Of a stretch of DNA of 64,000 nt, positions 49,310 through 62,289 are shown in pieces (within the stretch, counting starts at the first letter, position 1; the number at the start of each line of letters is the position of its first letter). The stretch spans positions 50,108,464-50,172,463 of the forward strand of contig NC_043011.1 in assembly GCF_006345805.1 (NCBI RefSeq), read 5' to 3'. Source of the DNA: Octopus sinensis. Its lineage: Eukaryota. Position numbers and translations under genes: made by a program. Under the pieces are notes generated by a model. That model made no database searches. It saw only the letters and a list, made by a program, of their open reading frames with translations, and was not told the origin of the DNA.

Positions 49310-49631
49310 TTTCCTCCCCTTACCGAAAGCTGAACAGTTACCTCCTTACCCACAATAATAACGATAACTAATTACCTTCCGATATTTTTCTACTTGTGAA
49401 GTCATTCACTCGTAAATATCATCAAACACAACATGGACAAACATTTCGTCTTAAGAAAACACATATTCAAATAAGTTTACCTTAATATCATGAATAGCGA
49501 AAGCGAAACCGGTCGATATATTTAAAATTATATTAAAATTATGTAAATAATGTGTATTTTCCTTTTTTAATTCCTTATATATAATTACAATTCCCACGTG
49601 GGGATTATCGAAATTCCTTCTCTGTTACTAC
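49310..49631 (+). mobile_element. (TA)n-flanked solo pLTR-like insert
   Basis: About 320 bp non-microsatellite block between (TA)n tracts, containing a minimal hammerhead. Confidence 0.45.
49485..49519 (+). ncRNA. Minimal type I hammerhead, A3-U8 core variant
   Basis: AUAUC-AUGAAUA-GC GAAA GC-GAAA-CCGG-UC-GAUAU. Confidence 0.6.
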
Positions 49632-49656
49632 TATATATATATATATATATATATAT

Positions 49657-49696
<40 letters not shown>

Positions 49697-49698
49697 CT

Positions 49699-50225
49699 CA
49701 GGAGTGGCTGTGTGGTAATTAGCTTGTTTACCAACATATATATTAGCATATATATATATGCTAATATATATGTTTATTCATATATATACTTACATACATG
49801 GAGAGACATGTGATAAAATGTTACAAAGAGAAAATAACTGGTAAATAACTGATTAATAAATGCAATAAGGGCACGCGCAAGGCTCCACATTATGACACCT
49901 TGGATGTCTTCTACTACATTATCGGGCCGATCGAAGCCTTGTGAGTGGATTCGATAAACAGAAACTGTAAGAAGCCCGTCGTATATATGTATATGCATAT
50001 ATATGTGTGAGTATTTGTGTGTCTGTGTTTATCGCCACCTTCCCAACATCGCTTGACAACCGATACTGGTGTGTTTACGTCCACGTAACTTAGCGGTTCG
50101 GCAAAAGAGACCGATAAAATAAGTATCAGGATTACAAAGAATAAGTCATGGGGTCGATTTATTCGACTAAAGGTGGTGCTCTAGCATGGCCACAGTGAAA
50201 TGACTGAAACAATTAAAGAGTAAGA

Positions 50226-50226
<1 letters not shown>
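49699..50226 (+). mobile_element. SINE family A, interrupted
   Basis: Head at 49699, body from about 49924, tail ACTGAAACAATTAAAGAGTAAGAG. Confidence 0.75.
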
Positions 50227-50300
<74 letters not shown>

Positions 50301-50304
<4 letters not shown>

Positions 50305-50910
50305 TTAGATATAAAACCACTATTAGGCAAATCAAACAGTGAAAATTATAAACCAATACATAGAAATAAAATTAATTTTCCCTGTAAGTTTGGATTTACT
50401 CCCTATTATTATTATTATTAATAGAAATATTAAAATTACTGAGTCTCTCTAAAAGAGATTACGACAGCGTTACTGGAAATTAATTGTTATTGCCATATTA
50501 ATATGGCAATCTTATAGATATAAGACTAAAAGCTGTCGCTAATTAGCTCCATGAGGCCATCGCCTTAAGATAGCTATATGACACACAAACTGTGTCTATT
50601 ATTGAAAACAAGTGGATGTATTCCACCGAAAATAGGTAAATAGAACCTTCGAACAGAGACGATCACTGGCGACACCTGCTGAGTCGACTACGCTACATTG
50701 ACAAGGGGCAAATACCCGGAAACGCGTCTGTAGCTGTCTGACTAGCAGTGTGAAGCGGTGACCTCCCTTGTTCGAAGGTTCTAATGGACACAGTCTGTTG
50801 TCATATAAGCTATCTTAAGGCGATGGCCTCATGGAGCTAATTAGCGACAGCTTTTAGTCTATATCTATAAGATTGCCATATTAATATGGCGATAACAATT
50901 AATTATTATA
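50301..50910. mobile_element. (TA)n-flanked composite with a 427-nt rod-like fold-back and a hammerhead
   Basis: Hairpin spans 50478-50904. 50301-50420 is related to 58610-58790. Confidence 0.7.
50692..50734 (+). ncRNA. Type I hammerhead, U3-A8 core variant
   Basis: GCUACA-UUGACAA-G GGG CAAAUA CCC G-GAAA-CGCG-UC-UGUAGC. Confidence 0.75.
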
Positions 50911-50940
50911 TTATATTTTATTATATATGCATATATATTA

Positions 50941-50989
<49 letters not shown>

Positions 50990-51145
50990 TAGATATATAC
51001 ATATATATATACATATATATATATATATATTATATATATATATGTATATATATGTAAACATATATACATATATATATAGGTATATATATTATATATATAC
51101 ATAATATGTATATATATATCTATATATATATATATATATATATAT

Positions 51146-51200
<55 letters not shown>

Positions 51201-51668
51201 TGTGTGTGTGTGTGTTGTATATATACACCACCTCTTTCAGAGGATACGTAAATATATTCGGTGAGTATTAGTAAGAGTTCTGATGACTTTTATGTCGTCT
51301 GGAGAACAAGGAATGTAATTAGGAAACTGAAATGAACAGACATTTGTTAATATAAATACGTAGAGAGAAGTTAGACATAATGAACACACGGAAGAAAAAA
51401 ATAAAACAAATATACACAAGAATTCCTATATCAACACACGCGCGCACACATGCTCACACATACATACACACACGCAAACATACACCCGCGCTGACTCACA
51501 CACACACACACCAAGTTAAGCATTACATACATAATATACGTACGTATATGATATATATATATATGGGTGTTGATAAATATATGCTATGAGTCTATATATT
51601 ATGGATGTAAATAAATATAGGTGCGTATATAGATAGATACACACATACATGCATATATATATAATATA

Positions 51669-51706
<38 letters not shown>

Positions 51707-51954
51707 TAATATATGTTTATTCATATACATACATACATACATGGAGCGACATGTGATAGATACATTGTACCTCACCTAAAATGTTACGTTTTCAAAATCC
51801 GGAAGAGAAAATGACTGCTAAATAAATGATTAATAAATGCAATATGTGCACCAGCAAGGGGCTACATTATAACAGAAAATTCTTCAGGGTAATACCTTTA
51901 CATGAGATATGATATTGAAGGAAAACATTTTTACAATGCTACACACAGATGGTG

Positions 51955-52235
51955 GAGGCACATGGCTAAGTGGTGAGAGCAGCGGACGCGCGGTCGAGGG
52001 ATCACGGGTTCGAATCTCAGGCCGGGTGATGTGTGTGTTTATGAGCGAAACACCTAAGCTCCACACAGCTCCGACAGAAGGTAACGGCGAACTTCTACTG
52101 ACTCTTTTGCGATAACTTTCTCTCATTCTTTCCTCCTGCATCTTGCAGCTCACCAGCGACGGACCGGTGTCCCATCCAGGTGGGGAACCTATACGCTAAT
52201 AAAAAAGGAAACCGGCCCTTATGAGTCAGGCATGA
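51955..52235 (+). mobile_element. SINE family B, tail type 1
   Basis: tRNA-like head and GCGACGGACCGGTGTCCCATCCAGGTGGGGAACC, as at 11440. Confidence 0.85.
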
Positions 52236-52835
52236 CCCGAGAAGTAAAAAGCAACAACACACAGATGAGATTGACGGATGTATTAAATGCCCTGCATAAC
52301 CAGAATTTATTCGTCCTCTTGAAGAATAGGGGATATTGCTTTGGCATGTAAATATATTAGAAGAAGCAATCCAATACAAGTGCAACAAATTTGATGTTGT
52401 GTGATGCAGGAGAATAATCTACACGTTGTCGCGAGAGGTCACAGCTGAGTTCCTGAGTTTATCTCGATAAAAACTTGTAAAAAGTGAAAAATCTGAGATG
52501 CTGTAGAGCGAACATTATATTTCCGATAAAGTTGCTCCTTTGGACCTATTATCCTAACTGAAATGACCGATGTAACAACGTACTTGATTGAAGGTTTCAA
52601 AATTGTTGGAGTCTATCAACAAAACAACAAAGAAATTACCTCACATACACAAAAACTAATTGATTACTAGTAAACTCATAATTTGTACAGTTAAAAATTG
52701 GGAAGATTTTCATTTGAGTTTCCTGGAATAATGATATCTGAATATTGCGCACGCACACACATATACATACACATAGAGATACACGTGCATACACACACAA
52801 ATGAGCATATACATACATACATAACACACACACAC

Positions 52836-52910
<75 letters not shown>

Positions 52911-53137
52911 TATTGGCTGCTCGCTTAGCCAGCGTGGGGGTGGCGTCATTCGAAGGCTAAAACAATGCGAACGCATTGTGACCAGCGATGTGTAACTACA
53001 TCTGATGGACTGGTCGGTCACGTGATATATATATATTATATATATATATTATATATATATATATGTATGTATGTATATGCTCATTTGCGTGTGTGTATGC
53101 ATCTCAGATTTTTCACTTTATATATGTATATTTGTGA

Positions 53138-53440
53138 AGGCGCAATGGCCCAGTGATAAGGGCAGCGGACTCGCGGTCGTAGGATCGCGGTTTCGATTCC
53201 CAGGTCGGGCGTTGTGAGTGTTTATTGAGCGAAAACACCTAAAAAGCTCCACGAGGCTCCAGCAGGGGGGGGGTGATCTCAGCTGTACTCTTTCACCACT
53301 CTTTTTGCCACTCTTTCTTCTGTTGGCCTGCTCGCTTAGCCAGCGGGTTGACGTCATTCTAAGGCTAAAACAATGCGAACGCATTGTGACCAGCGATGTG
53401 TAACAACATCTGATGGTCTGGTCGGACATATGGTCACGTG
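53138..53440 (+). mobile_element. SINE family B, tail type 3
   Basis: Head GGCGCAATGGCCCAGTG; tail CTCGCTTAGCCAGCGGG..CATCTGATGGTCTGGTCGG. An isolated tail copy lies at about 52912-53025. Confidence 0.9.
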
Positions 53441-54135
53441 ATATATATACATATATATAACATACGCATACATATATATGTAAAGAGCACCCATGCAAAC
53501 GTTTGTAATAAAATGACATGTGTACTCATTCCATAACTACAAGTATACCAACATATACATATAAATGCATGCATACACATTAACTTACCCACATACCGAC
53601 AAATTTCTGGAACTGGATTGATTCCTTTAAGATAGAAAGCCTTGTCACTCCGTTAGAGAACGCCTTGTATTCTAAGAACTTCGTAAATAAATCACAAATA
53701 AAAAACATACACAGCCAAGCACACGTGCACACACATTGGAAGTCAAATCGTTGTCGAACACTTCAGAGAAAGATGTAAATTTCTTAGTTGTTACCATCGT
53801 AGCCTGCAAATGGAGGACAATCACCAGCTGAGACCTGCTGGGCATTTCCACAATTAGCCGAGCTATATTTAGCCTGTCTTTTCTAAGTTCCCCCTCGTTA
53901 GCAGGTTAGCAAATATATCCTCAGGCATTCGTTATTTCCGAATTTCTATGCTGCCATAGTTTAGGAAACAAAAGACTAATATCCCAAGATACCTATGTAA
54001 GGATTTGAAATCACTTGCTTCCAGCTAGTCAACCATTTAGTACAGTTGGTCATGTTACTGACTACTTCACAATTAATCTGAATAGGCTGAGTTTATGATT
54101 CCAAACAATACAACTAACATTAAAGTATATATATG

Positions 54136-54186
<51 letters not shown>

Positions 54187-54391
54187 TTTTTCAAGTGTCT
54201 CCCTATTTATAGTAGTAAACTTAAATGTGCATGTGTGCATATTTATGTGTGGTGTGAGTGCGGCATGCGTGTGTTGTGTATAATATGTACATATATACAT
54301 ATATATATATATACTATATAATATATTATAATATATATATTAGTATTATATATATATATATTATATATATATTATATATATATATATTATA

Positions 54392-54462
<71 letters not shown>

Positions 54463-54999
54463 TATGGTACTGAACTCGAAGCCGAGAAAGCTTAAATGAT
54501 AGCATGGAAATATTGGGTTAAAAATTGCTTTTTCTGAGAAAAACAAATGTAAATCCACATCTATAACGAAAACTATGTTTACAACTCACATACACATAGT
54601 TCGGCAAATATATACAGATACAAAAAAATTGATAAAGATAGAATATGCACACATACAGAGAAACATACATAAATTCATACCACATACATATCTAAGAACA
54701 TGCATACACAAAAGCAAAGATTTATACTAGAATATGAGATACATAGTTCCAAACATATATACGTACGTACATGGGTATATATGTATATATGTATACATGT
54801 ATATGTGTGTATAAGCAAATATATATGCTGAAACATGACGTAAATACTTCTAAATATACATACACACATTCATACGTACATAATTATGTATGTATGTATG
54901 TAAAAAAATATACATTTATAAAGTCATGCATTGAAACCTACAAAGTTACATACATATCTTAATACACAAACACACACATACACACTTACGTTCACATGC

Positions 55000-55048
<49 letters not shown>

Positions 55049-56188
55049 TATGTATGTATATATATATATAGTTATATTTTTATGAATGTATATATAAATG
55101 TATGGATATATGTACATATATATATGTGTATATATATATGTATATGTATGTATATACGTGTATATATATATATGTATGGGTATGTATGTATATATATATA
55201 TATATATAGCTACACATATACATACATACATCCTTACAGAGATTTATGCATATATGTATATATATATGCAGATAGATTGATAGATGCATACATACATACA
55301 TACATACAAACAAACATGTATACATACATACGTACATACATACATACATACATGCATACATACACACATACATACTTATCTGTAGGCGGAGTGTTTGCTC
55401 TGTGTTGTCTTTCTACAAGTCGAAGTTTATTATGAGCCAGGAACAAACGTCAAATCTAATATCAGTCTGAATACTGAAGACGTTGCTCCCCTTCCAGTCG
55501 TAAAGCTATTTCATTTGTATTCCTACATCTGCCCTCAAACAACTGTTAGGCAACCAAGCGATCGATAAAACTGCTGTTGTCAAAACGCTAGATACGGTGA
55601 ACCTGAAATTCGTTTCGTAAACTCTGCGTTGTTGTAATTTTTGTGTAAGTCATTATTTATTTTTGTTGTTATTAGTTACCATTTTAGCTTTATGGATTTA
55701 TTTTCTTTTCGTTTGTTTGTTATCTCCTCAGAGAATAATGGTCGCAGGTTGCAGAGGTAAAAGATTTCACCCAATAAAAGATTGATCTTTTCTGCCGAAA
55801 TTTCCCAATTTATAAAACTACGCTACAAAGTAATTTTTCGGATACGCATAAATATGCATATATTGACGTGCGTGTGTGTGTGTGCGCGCGTGTGTGCATG
55901 TGTATGTGTATGTGTGTATGAGTGTACGTATATATGTTTATGTATATATCTACGCTCACAGTCGTATATATTACATATTTACATATGCATACATGGAAAC
56001 CTAAAAGTTGATGTTAGCTAACCTTTCACACAAAGAGCAGAGTTTCTGCTTTAACAATGTCTGTGAATCTTTTGAAAACTAAATCTTATAACTACGTACA
56101 CATATATACATACACACATATACACAAGCATACATACACACACATGCATATATACATAGATACAATTCTATATACAACAAACATAATA

Positions 56189-56230
<42 letters not shown>

Positions 56231-56382
56231 CATACAGCGTGCATGTATTTATATACAAATATCACTGATATATGGGGGCGTGTGCCTCCATAAGTGTACA
56301 TATATATATATATATATATACACTTACGGAGGCACACGCCCCCATATATATATATATATAATACATATATATATAATATAAT

Positions 56383-56413
<31 letters not shown>

Positions 56414-56489
56414 TACATATATATATATATATACATATGTGTGTGTGTTTGTGTACTTTAATAATAATTTGATAATAATTATTTATCAT

Positions 56490-56715
56490 TTACTCTTTTA
56501 CTCTCTTTTACTTGTTTCAGTCACTTGACTGTGGTCATGCTGAAGCACCGCTTTAAGAGCTAAGCCGAACAAATCGACCCCAGGTCTTACTGTTTGTAAA
56601 CATAGTACTTATTCTATTGTTCTCTTTTGCTTCACTGCCAGTTATGGTGGACGTAAAAACACGCAACATCGGTTGCCAATTGATGGTGGGGGTTGGAGAC
56701 AAACACGAATAGACA
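56490..56715 (-). mobile_element. SINE family A 3' half, diverged
   Basis: CTCTTTTACTTGTTTCAGTCACTTGACTGTGGTCATGCTG. Confidence 0.75.
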
Positions 56716-56739
56716 CACATATATATTTGTATATATATA

Positions 56740-56794
<55 letters not shown>

Positions 56795-56834
56795 TATAAA
56801 TAATATATAAATTATGCATATATACATACATATA

Positions 56835-57110
56835 TGTACTTACCTACATCTATATGTATATATACATGCATATATTGTACAGGACATAAAAAAACGGTGA
56901 ACACAATGAGAAACGAAAACATACAAACAAAAAATAAACAACTATTATTCATACAACGAAAGAACAGAGTACAAGGCATACAACACAAGGAATATTCCCC
57001 TTCTTCAGTTGTCCCTGTTTCGTCTACTCCGCGTTTCGAAGGTAAGGGCAAGACGCGATATCGTTGAAACAATCCTTCCCGCAAAGCAAATTAAATAAAA
57101 TTTGGGATTT
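56835..57110. repeat. Dispersed repeat family D
   Basis: Matches 13370-13590. Confidence 0.75.
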
Positions 57111-58064
57111 TTTTGCGGAGGGCTAAAAGTGGTAAAAAGAACAGGACTAACACTAGTAATGGTTTCCAGATGTCTGAATACTAACACTATATAAGCTTGC
57201 AGATGTCTGAATAAATTGGCTGGTATACACATGTATATACATTACAGAAATAATGTACCCCGCATAAACTATGTAATTGGTCATTTGCAAGCAGTAACAA
57301 TACTCCAGATTGAAATGTTTTAACCTTGACTGTTTTTACTTGCAACAGATCAGGAATTTATTATTTTTCTTTTTATGATAAGTCTTCATTATGTATAAGC
57401 TTATTTTGACATTTTGCTATGCTATTAATGTTGCTTTCATTAATTAATTTCCCATTTTCACTGGAATATTTAAAAATAGACAAAGGTACCGACACATAAA
57501 GTAAAACATATGTATCAAATAGCGGTCAGTTAGATTGGTTAAATGCATCATAAAAAATGTCCAAAAGGAAAGAGAACAGAAATGACATTGCATCCATAGA
57601 TAGTCTGAGAATAATAATATTTTACAAAGTGTCCAAACTGAACCAACAATCAGGAAGCATCTAACCATCCGCGATGTTATTTGCGAATTTGATTTCTGCC
57701 ATGAAATTTCTAAGCTTTTCTGCTTCAACTTTTATTTTAACTATATACATATCACATTTTTCTCGCCGCTTCACTATGCATATACAGCCAAAGACCAAAT
57801 TCTATTTACTATTAACACATTTAACACAAATGGAAATTTTCTCATTTGATTTGCTTAGTGAAAATAATTGTCGTTCCGGTATAGAAACCTGCAAACAAAA
57901 TATTTAGTGATGGCTAGGAAAGGTCTACAAGCTAAAAGTAAAGCTATAAAAATTTAGAATTGAATAGCTATATCTATAACATTTATAATGCAAGGAGTAA
58001 CATTGAACAGAACCAGCTGTAATGTCTGTCACTGAGAAACTTCTGTGTTCAGAAAAAAAGGAAC

Positions 58065-58112
<48 letters not shown>

Positions 58113-58489
58113 GTGTGTGTGTGTGTAAATACATACATATATACTCAAATTCTCTAGTTTCTCAACTAAAGAGAAATACATTATGCAAAACGCAAAACAT
58201 GATGAAGACCGTACACATACGTACATACGTACATAAATATATTTGTACTTATAAATATATATAACGATTGAAGATGACGGGTAAGAGCTATATTGCTAGA
58301 AACAAGAGTCAAAGTCCCTCATAGCCACAAACACAGCACAATTCTATGTACTGACAGGGGAGTTAACCACCCCACACCAAGAGAGGGTACTATATTGGCA
58401 TGCGAATTTCGATTGAAAATAAAGCTCATCAGTATACCTACTCCATCGCTGATAATTAAGCTAAATGCTACCTGTCAGTATATAACGTT

Positions 58490-58864
58490 TGCCACAAAAA
58501 TCAATGGATGATTCAGCAAAATAGTAATTATTTTATAAATCTCACATTACTAGTTTGTTGTATCATCCATTGATTCTTGTGGTAAACTCTATATATATAC
58601 CTATATATATATATAAAATAAAATATTAGGGAATAAATCCAAACTTACAGGGGAAAATCAGATTTAGGATTGAATCCAATTTTATAGTAAAATATTATAT
58701 TATATTAAATTAGAGATAAAACCACTATTAGGCAAATCATACAATGAAAACCTTAAGCCAATTTTGATATATATTTAAATAATATAAATTAATTAATCTT
58801 ATGTATTGGCTTAAGTTTTTCATTGTATGATTTGCCTAATAGTGGTTTTATCTCTAATTTAATA

Positions 58865-58901
<37 letters not shown>

Positions 58902-58945
58902 CATATATAGAGAGTTTACCACAAGAATCAATGGATATATATATA
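58490..58945. repeat. Nested inverted repeats related to the 50301 composite
   Basis: CCACAA(A/G)AATCAATGGAT occurs forward, inverted, then forward. TAAATTAGAGATAAAACCACTATTAGGCAAATC at about 58707 is inverted at about 58830. Confidence 0.7.
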
Positions 58946-59574
58946 TATATATATTTATATATACAGGCAATTAACTCCCATGTCAGTGCACGTACGCATG
59001 AATGTGTATGTTGTACACATACTTTTAAGAGATCCGTATAACAATAGATTACATATGATAATCTGTACCAGACGGGATTGTTCGGCATTGGATTTTTGCT
59101 GGATAAGGAAAAGAGATTTTAAATGTGATATATAAATAATTTATCGTAGATTATGTGCAGTAAATATAATATCTTCATTAAGTAGATTCTTGTTGCTACG
59201 TATAAGAAGCAATGCTGAGATCAATAAAAGTGATATTTCACATGAAATCTAGCTAAACCTCCAGGCGGAAAGTTGAAAGGCCAAAATCAGAGACGTTATC
59301 TTTACAACGGTTAACGATTTACAGTTTTTATACTGAAGTGTGTGAGAATGGTTGATGAATATGTCTGTAGTTGAAAATTGGTTTCATGTTTTCAAGTGTT
59401 GGTAGTCGTTATAGCTACGTCAGACACAGTATTCGGTTAACCTTATAAATGTTAGAGATTGGTAATCGTATAAATAACAATGTAAAAGTTTTTAGTCTTC
59501 ATTCCCTTCGAAAATTGCTCTCAAATGTGGTTTTAGTCGTTTTGACTGCTTCTTCTAGCGTGTAGAAATTACCT

Positions 59575-59988
59575 CTCTTTTACTCTCTTTTACTTGTTTC
59601 AGTCATTTGACTGCGCCCATGCTGGAGCATCGCCTTTAGTCGAGCAAATCGACTCCAGGACTTATTCTTTGGAAGCCTAGTACTTATTCTATTGGTCTCG
59701 GTCTCTTTTGCCTAACCGCTAAGTTACGGGGACGTAAACACACCACCATCGGTTGTCAGATAATGTTGGTGGGGAGAAACACAGAGACACAAACATATAC
59801 ACACACATATATATATATACATATATACGACGGGCTTCTTTCAGTTTCTGTCTACCAAATCCACTCACAAAGCTTTGGTCGGTCCAAGGCTATAGTAGAA
59901 GACACTTGCCCAATGTAACACAATGGGATTGAATCCGGAACCATGTAGTTGGTAAGCAAGCTACTAACCATACAACCACTCTTGCGCC
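59575..59988 (-). mobile_element. SINE family A nested in another repeat
   Basis: Full-length copy splitting TTCTAGCGTG..AATTACCT|..TAAAG(A/G)TAGTTTTCTC, which is contiguous at about 60440. Confidence 0.85.
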
Positions 59989-60524
59989 TACCTTTATCTA
60001 CCTGTTAAAGATAGTTTTCTCTTGAGTTTAAATGTACACTATTTTATATTGAGAATATGTTGTCTATTAACTTTTTATACATGCTAGGCCACTGGTGGTG
60101 AAACTCCTAAAAATATTCGCCACCCTATATATTTTACGAATATGAGATTAGTATTTGGAAGTTCGGTTCGGAATTTTTCATTTACTACCGACTGAAAACA
60201 GCGCTTGCACGATGAATTTTGAAAAATTATAACATATGAGACACGTGTTATTTGTCTCTAAATTATATGTTAATTGTTATGGCACGGTTACTGGTAGGGA
60301 TTCGCCTAGCAAATTATTTTATTTCCTGAAGAAATCTGAAACCTAGGTACAACCGTAAAAAAAAAACAAGGTAAAAGTTTTTATTTTTCATTCCCTCCAA
60401 AAGTTGCTCTTAAATGTGGTTTTGGTTGTTTTGACTGCTTCTTCTAGCGTGCAAAAATTACCTATTAAAGGTAGTTTTCTCTTGTGTTTAAATGTACACT
60501 TTTGTATATTAGTATATCACCATG

Positions 60525-60825
60525 ATCACCGTGACCGACCAGGCCATCAGATGTTGTTACACATCGCTGGTCACAATGCGCTTCGCATTGTTTTAGCCTC
60601 CAAATGACGCCACCCCGCTGGCTAAGTGAGCAGGCCAACAGAAGAAAGAGTGAGAGAAAGTTATGACGAAAGAGTACAGCAGGGATCGCCACCACCCCCT
60701 GCCGGAGCCTCGTGGAACTTTAGGTGTTTTCGCTCAATAAACACTCACAACGCCCGGTCTGGGAATCGAAACCGCGATCCTACGACCGCGAGTCCGCTGC
60801 CCTAATCACTAGGCCTTTGCGCCTC
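60525..60825 (-). mobile_element. SINE family B, tail type 3
   Basis: Reverse-orientation match to 53138-53440. Confidence 0.9.
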
Positions 60826-61142
60826 CACATATTAGTATATATATATATATATGATTAGTGGGGTTACCAGTTTAGTCGCTGACGATTCGACGGTTTCACA
60901 ACGCCACTTGTTTATCAATCTGGGTAATTATTTACTTGTTCACTATTATAATTTTGTCTTTACAACTATTACTATCGTCTCACAATTATTACTATACTTA
61001 TAATATTACTATAAGACATAGGGACACTAATACTGTCTCCCCTGATTACTTTAGACAACAAATGATGACAGATATACGACTCTGGGTTTATCTACTGCTG
61101 ATGCTGTGGCGTTAAATAGAGAAGCGGACTTTTTGAGTCTAC

Positions 61143-61510
61143 TAATACCTATTTCTTTACTACCCACAAGGGGCTAAACACAGAAGGAACAAACAAGGAC
61201 AGACATAGGTATTAAGTCGATTACATCGACCCCAGTGCGTAACTGGTACTTAATTTATCGACCCCGAAAGGATGAAAGCAAAGTCGACCTCGGCGGAATT
61301 TGAACTCACAACGTAACGCAGACGAAATACCGCTAAGCATTTCGCCCGGCGTGCTAACGTTTCTGCCAGGTCGCCGCCTTTGTCGCCGTAACTGGTACTT
61401 AATTTATCGACCCCGAAAGGATGAAAGGCAAAGTCGACCTCGTCGAAATTTGAACTCAGAACGTAACGGTAGACGAAATACCGCTAAGCATTTCGCCCGG
61501 TGTGCTAACG
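61143..61510 (-). mobile_element. SINE family C, full copy plus a tandem partial copy
   Basis: TTTCTTTACTACCCACAAGGGGCTAAACAC tail; ACTGGTACTTAATTTATCGACCCCGAAAGG appears twice. Confidence 0.9.
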
Positions 61511-62289
61511 GACCGCTAGTTCACATGACTGGCAGTCAATTTATTGACTTTTGAGAGGAGCGCTGACAAGTTGGAACTAGCATAGCTAAGATATAAAAAT
61601 TGGTAAATATTTCACAGTTTTAAGAAGCTATAATAGTCTATCTATAAACACACCAACGTATTTACGATGAAGGAATTTATCTATGGAAAAAAAAACATCG
61701 TACTTCAGGTATAAAAGTCTATAAACATCTCAAAGTTTTAGCAAACATAGAAAGTTGGGGAGCTGTTAAATGACCACGTTATCGTGTGAATGATTTCAGT
61801 AGCACTGAGAAGAGAGGTGAGGGGAAACGAAGAAGAATGAGGCAGTTGAGCTCACCAAAATTCTGCGTGGGGATGAATTTATGTATTGAACTCTAGATTT
61901 TTTTGGGAGGACCTAGCACAGCTAAGAAATGGAAATTTATGAAATTTTTGAGAGGAGCGTTGACAAGTTGACACTATCATAACTAAGACGTAGAAATTTA
62001 TAAACAACATCTCACATCGTAAATACGATGGGGTGTTTATAGATATAATACTGTAGCTTCTTAAAGCTGTGAGATGTTGTTTATAGCTTTCCATATCATA
62101 GCTATGCTAGGTCCTCCCCCAAAAAATCTATAGTTCTCTACATAAATTTCACCTCCACGCTGGAATTTTGGCGAGCTTATCAGCCTCTTTCCTCTTCGTC
62201 TTCCTTCCCCCTCCCCTCCCCACCCCTCTCTCTCTCTTTCTCTCTCTCTCTGTCTTTCTCTCCTTTCCAATTGGTTCTCAGTGCTTCTG

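Noticed and set aside
55380-55650. Possible exon ending at GTAAGT (about 55646)
   Set aside because: No ORF, acceptor or homology support; a lone donor-like hexamer is expected by chance.
60284-60356. Hammerhead-like string CTGAAGA-AATCT-GAAA-CCTAGG-TA-CAACCGT
   Set aside because: Helix II is only 5 nt and helix I does not pair next to the core (its complement ACGGTT is about 40 nt upstream). At best a rearranged relic.
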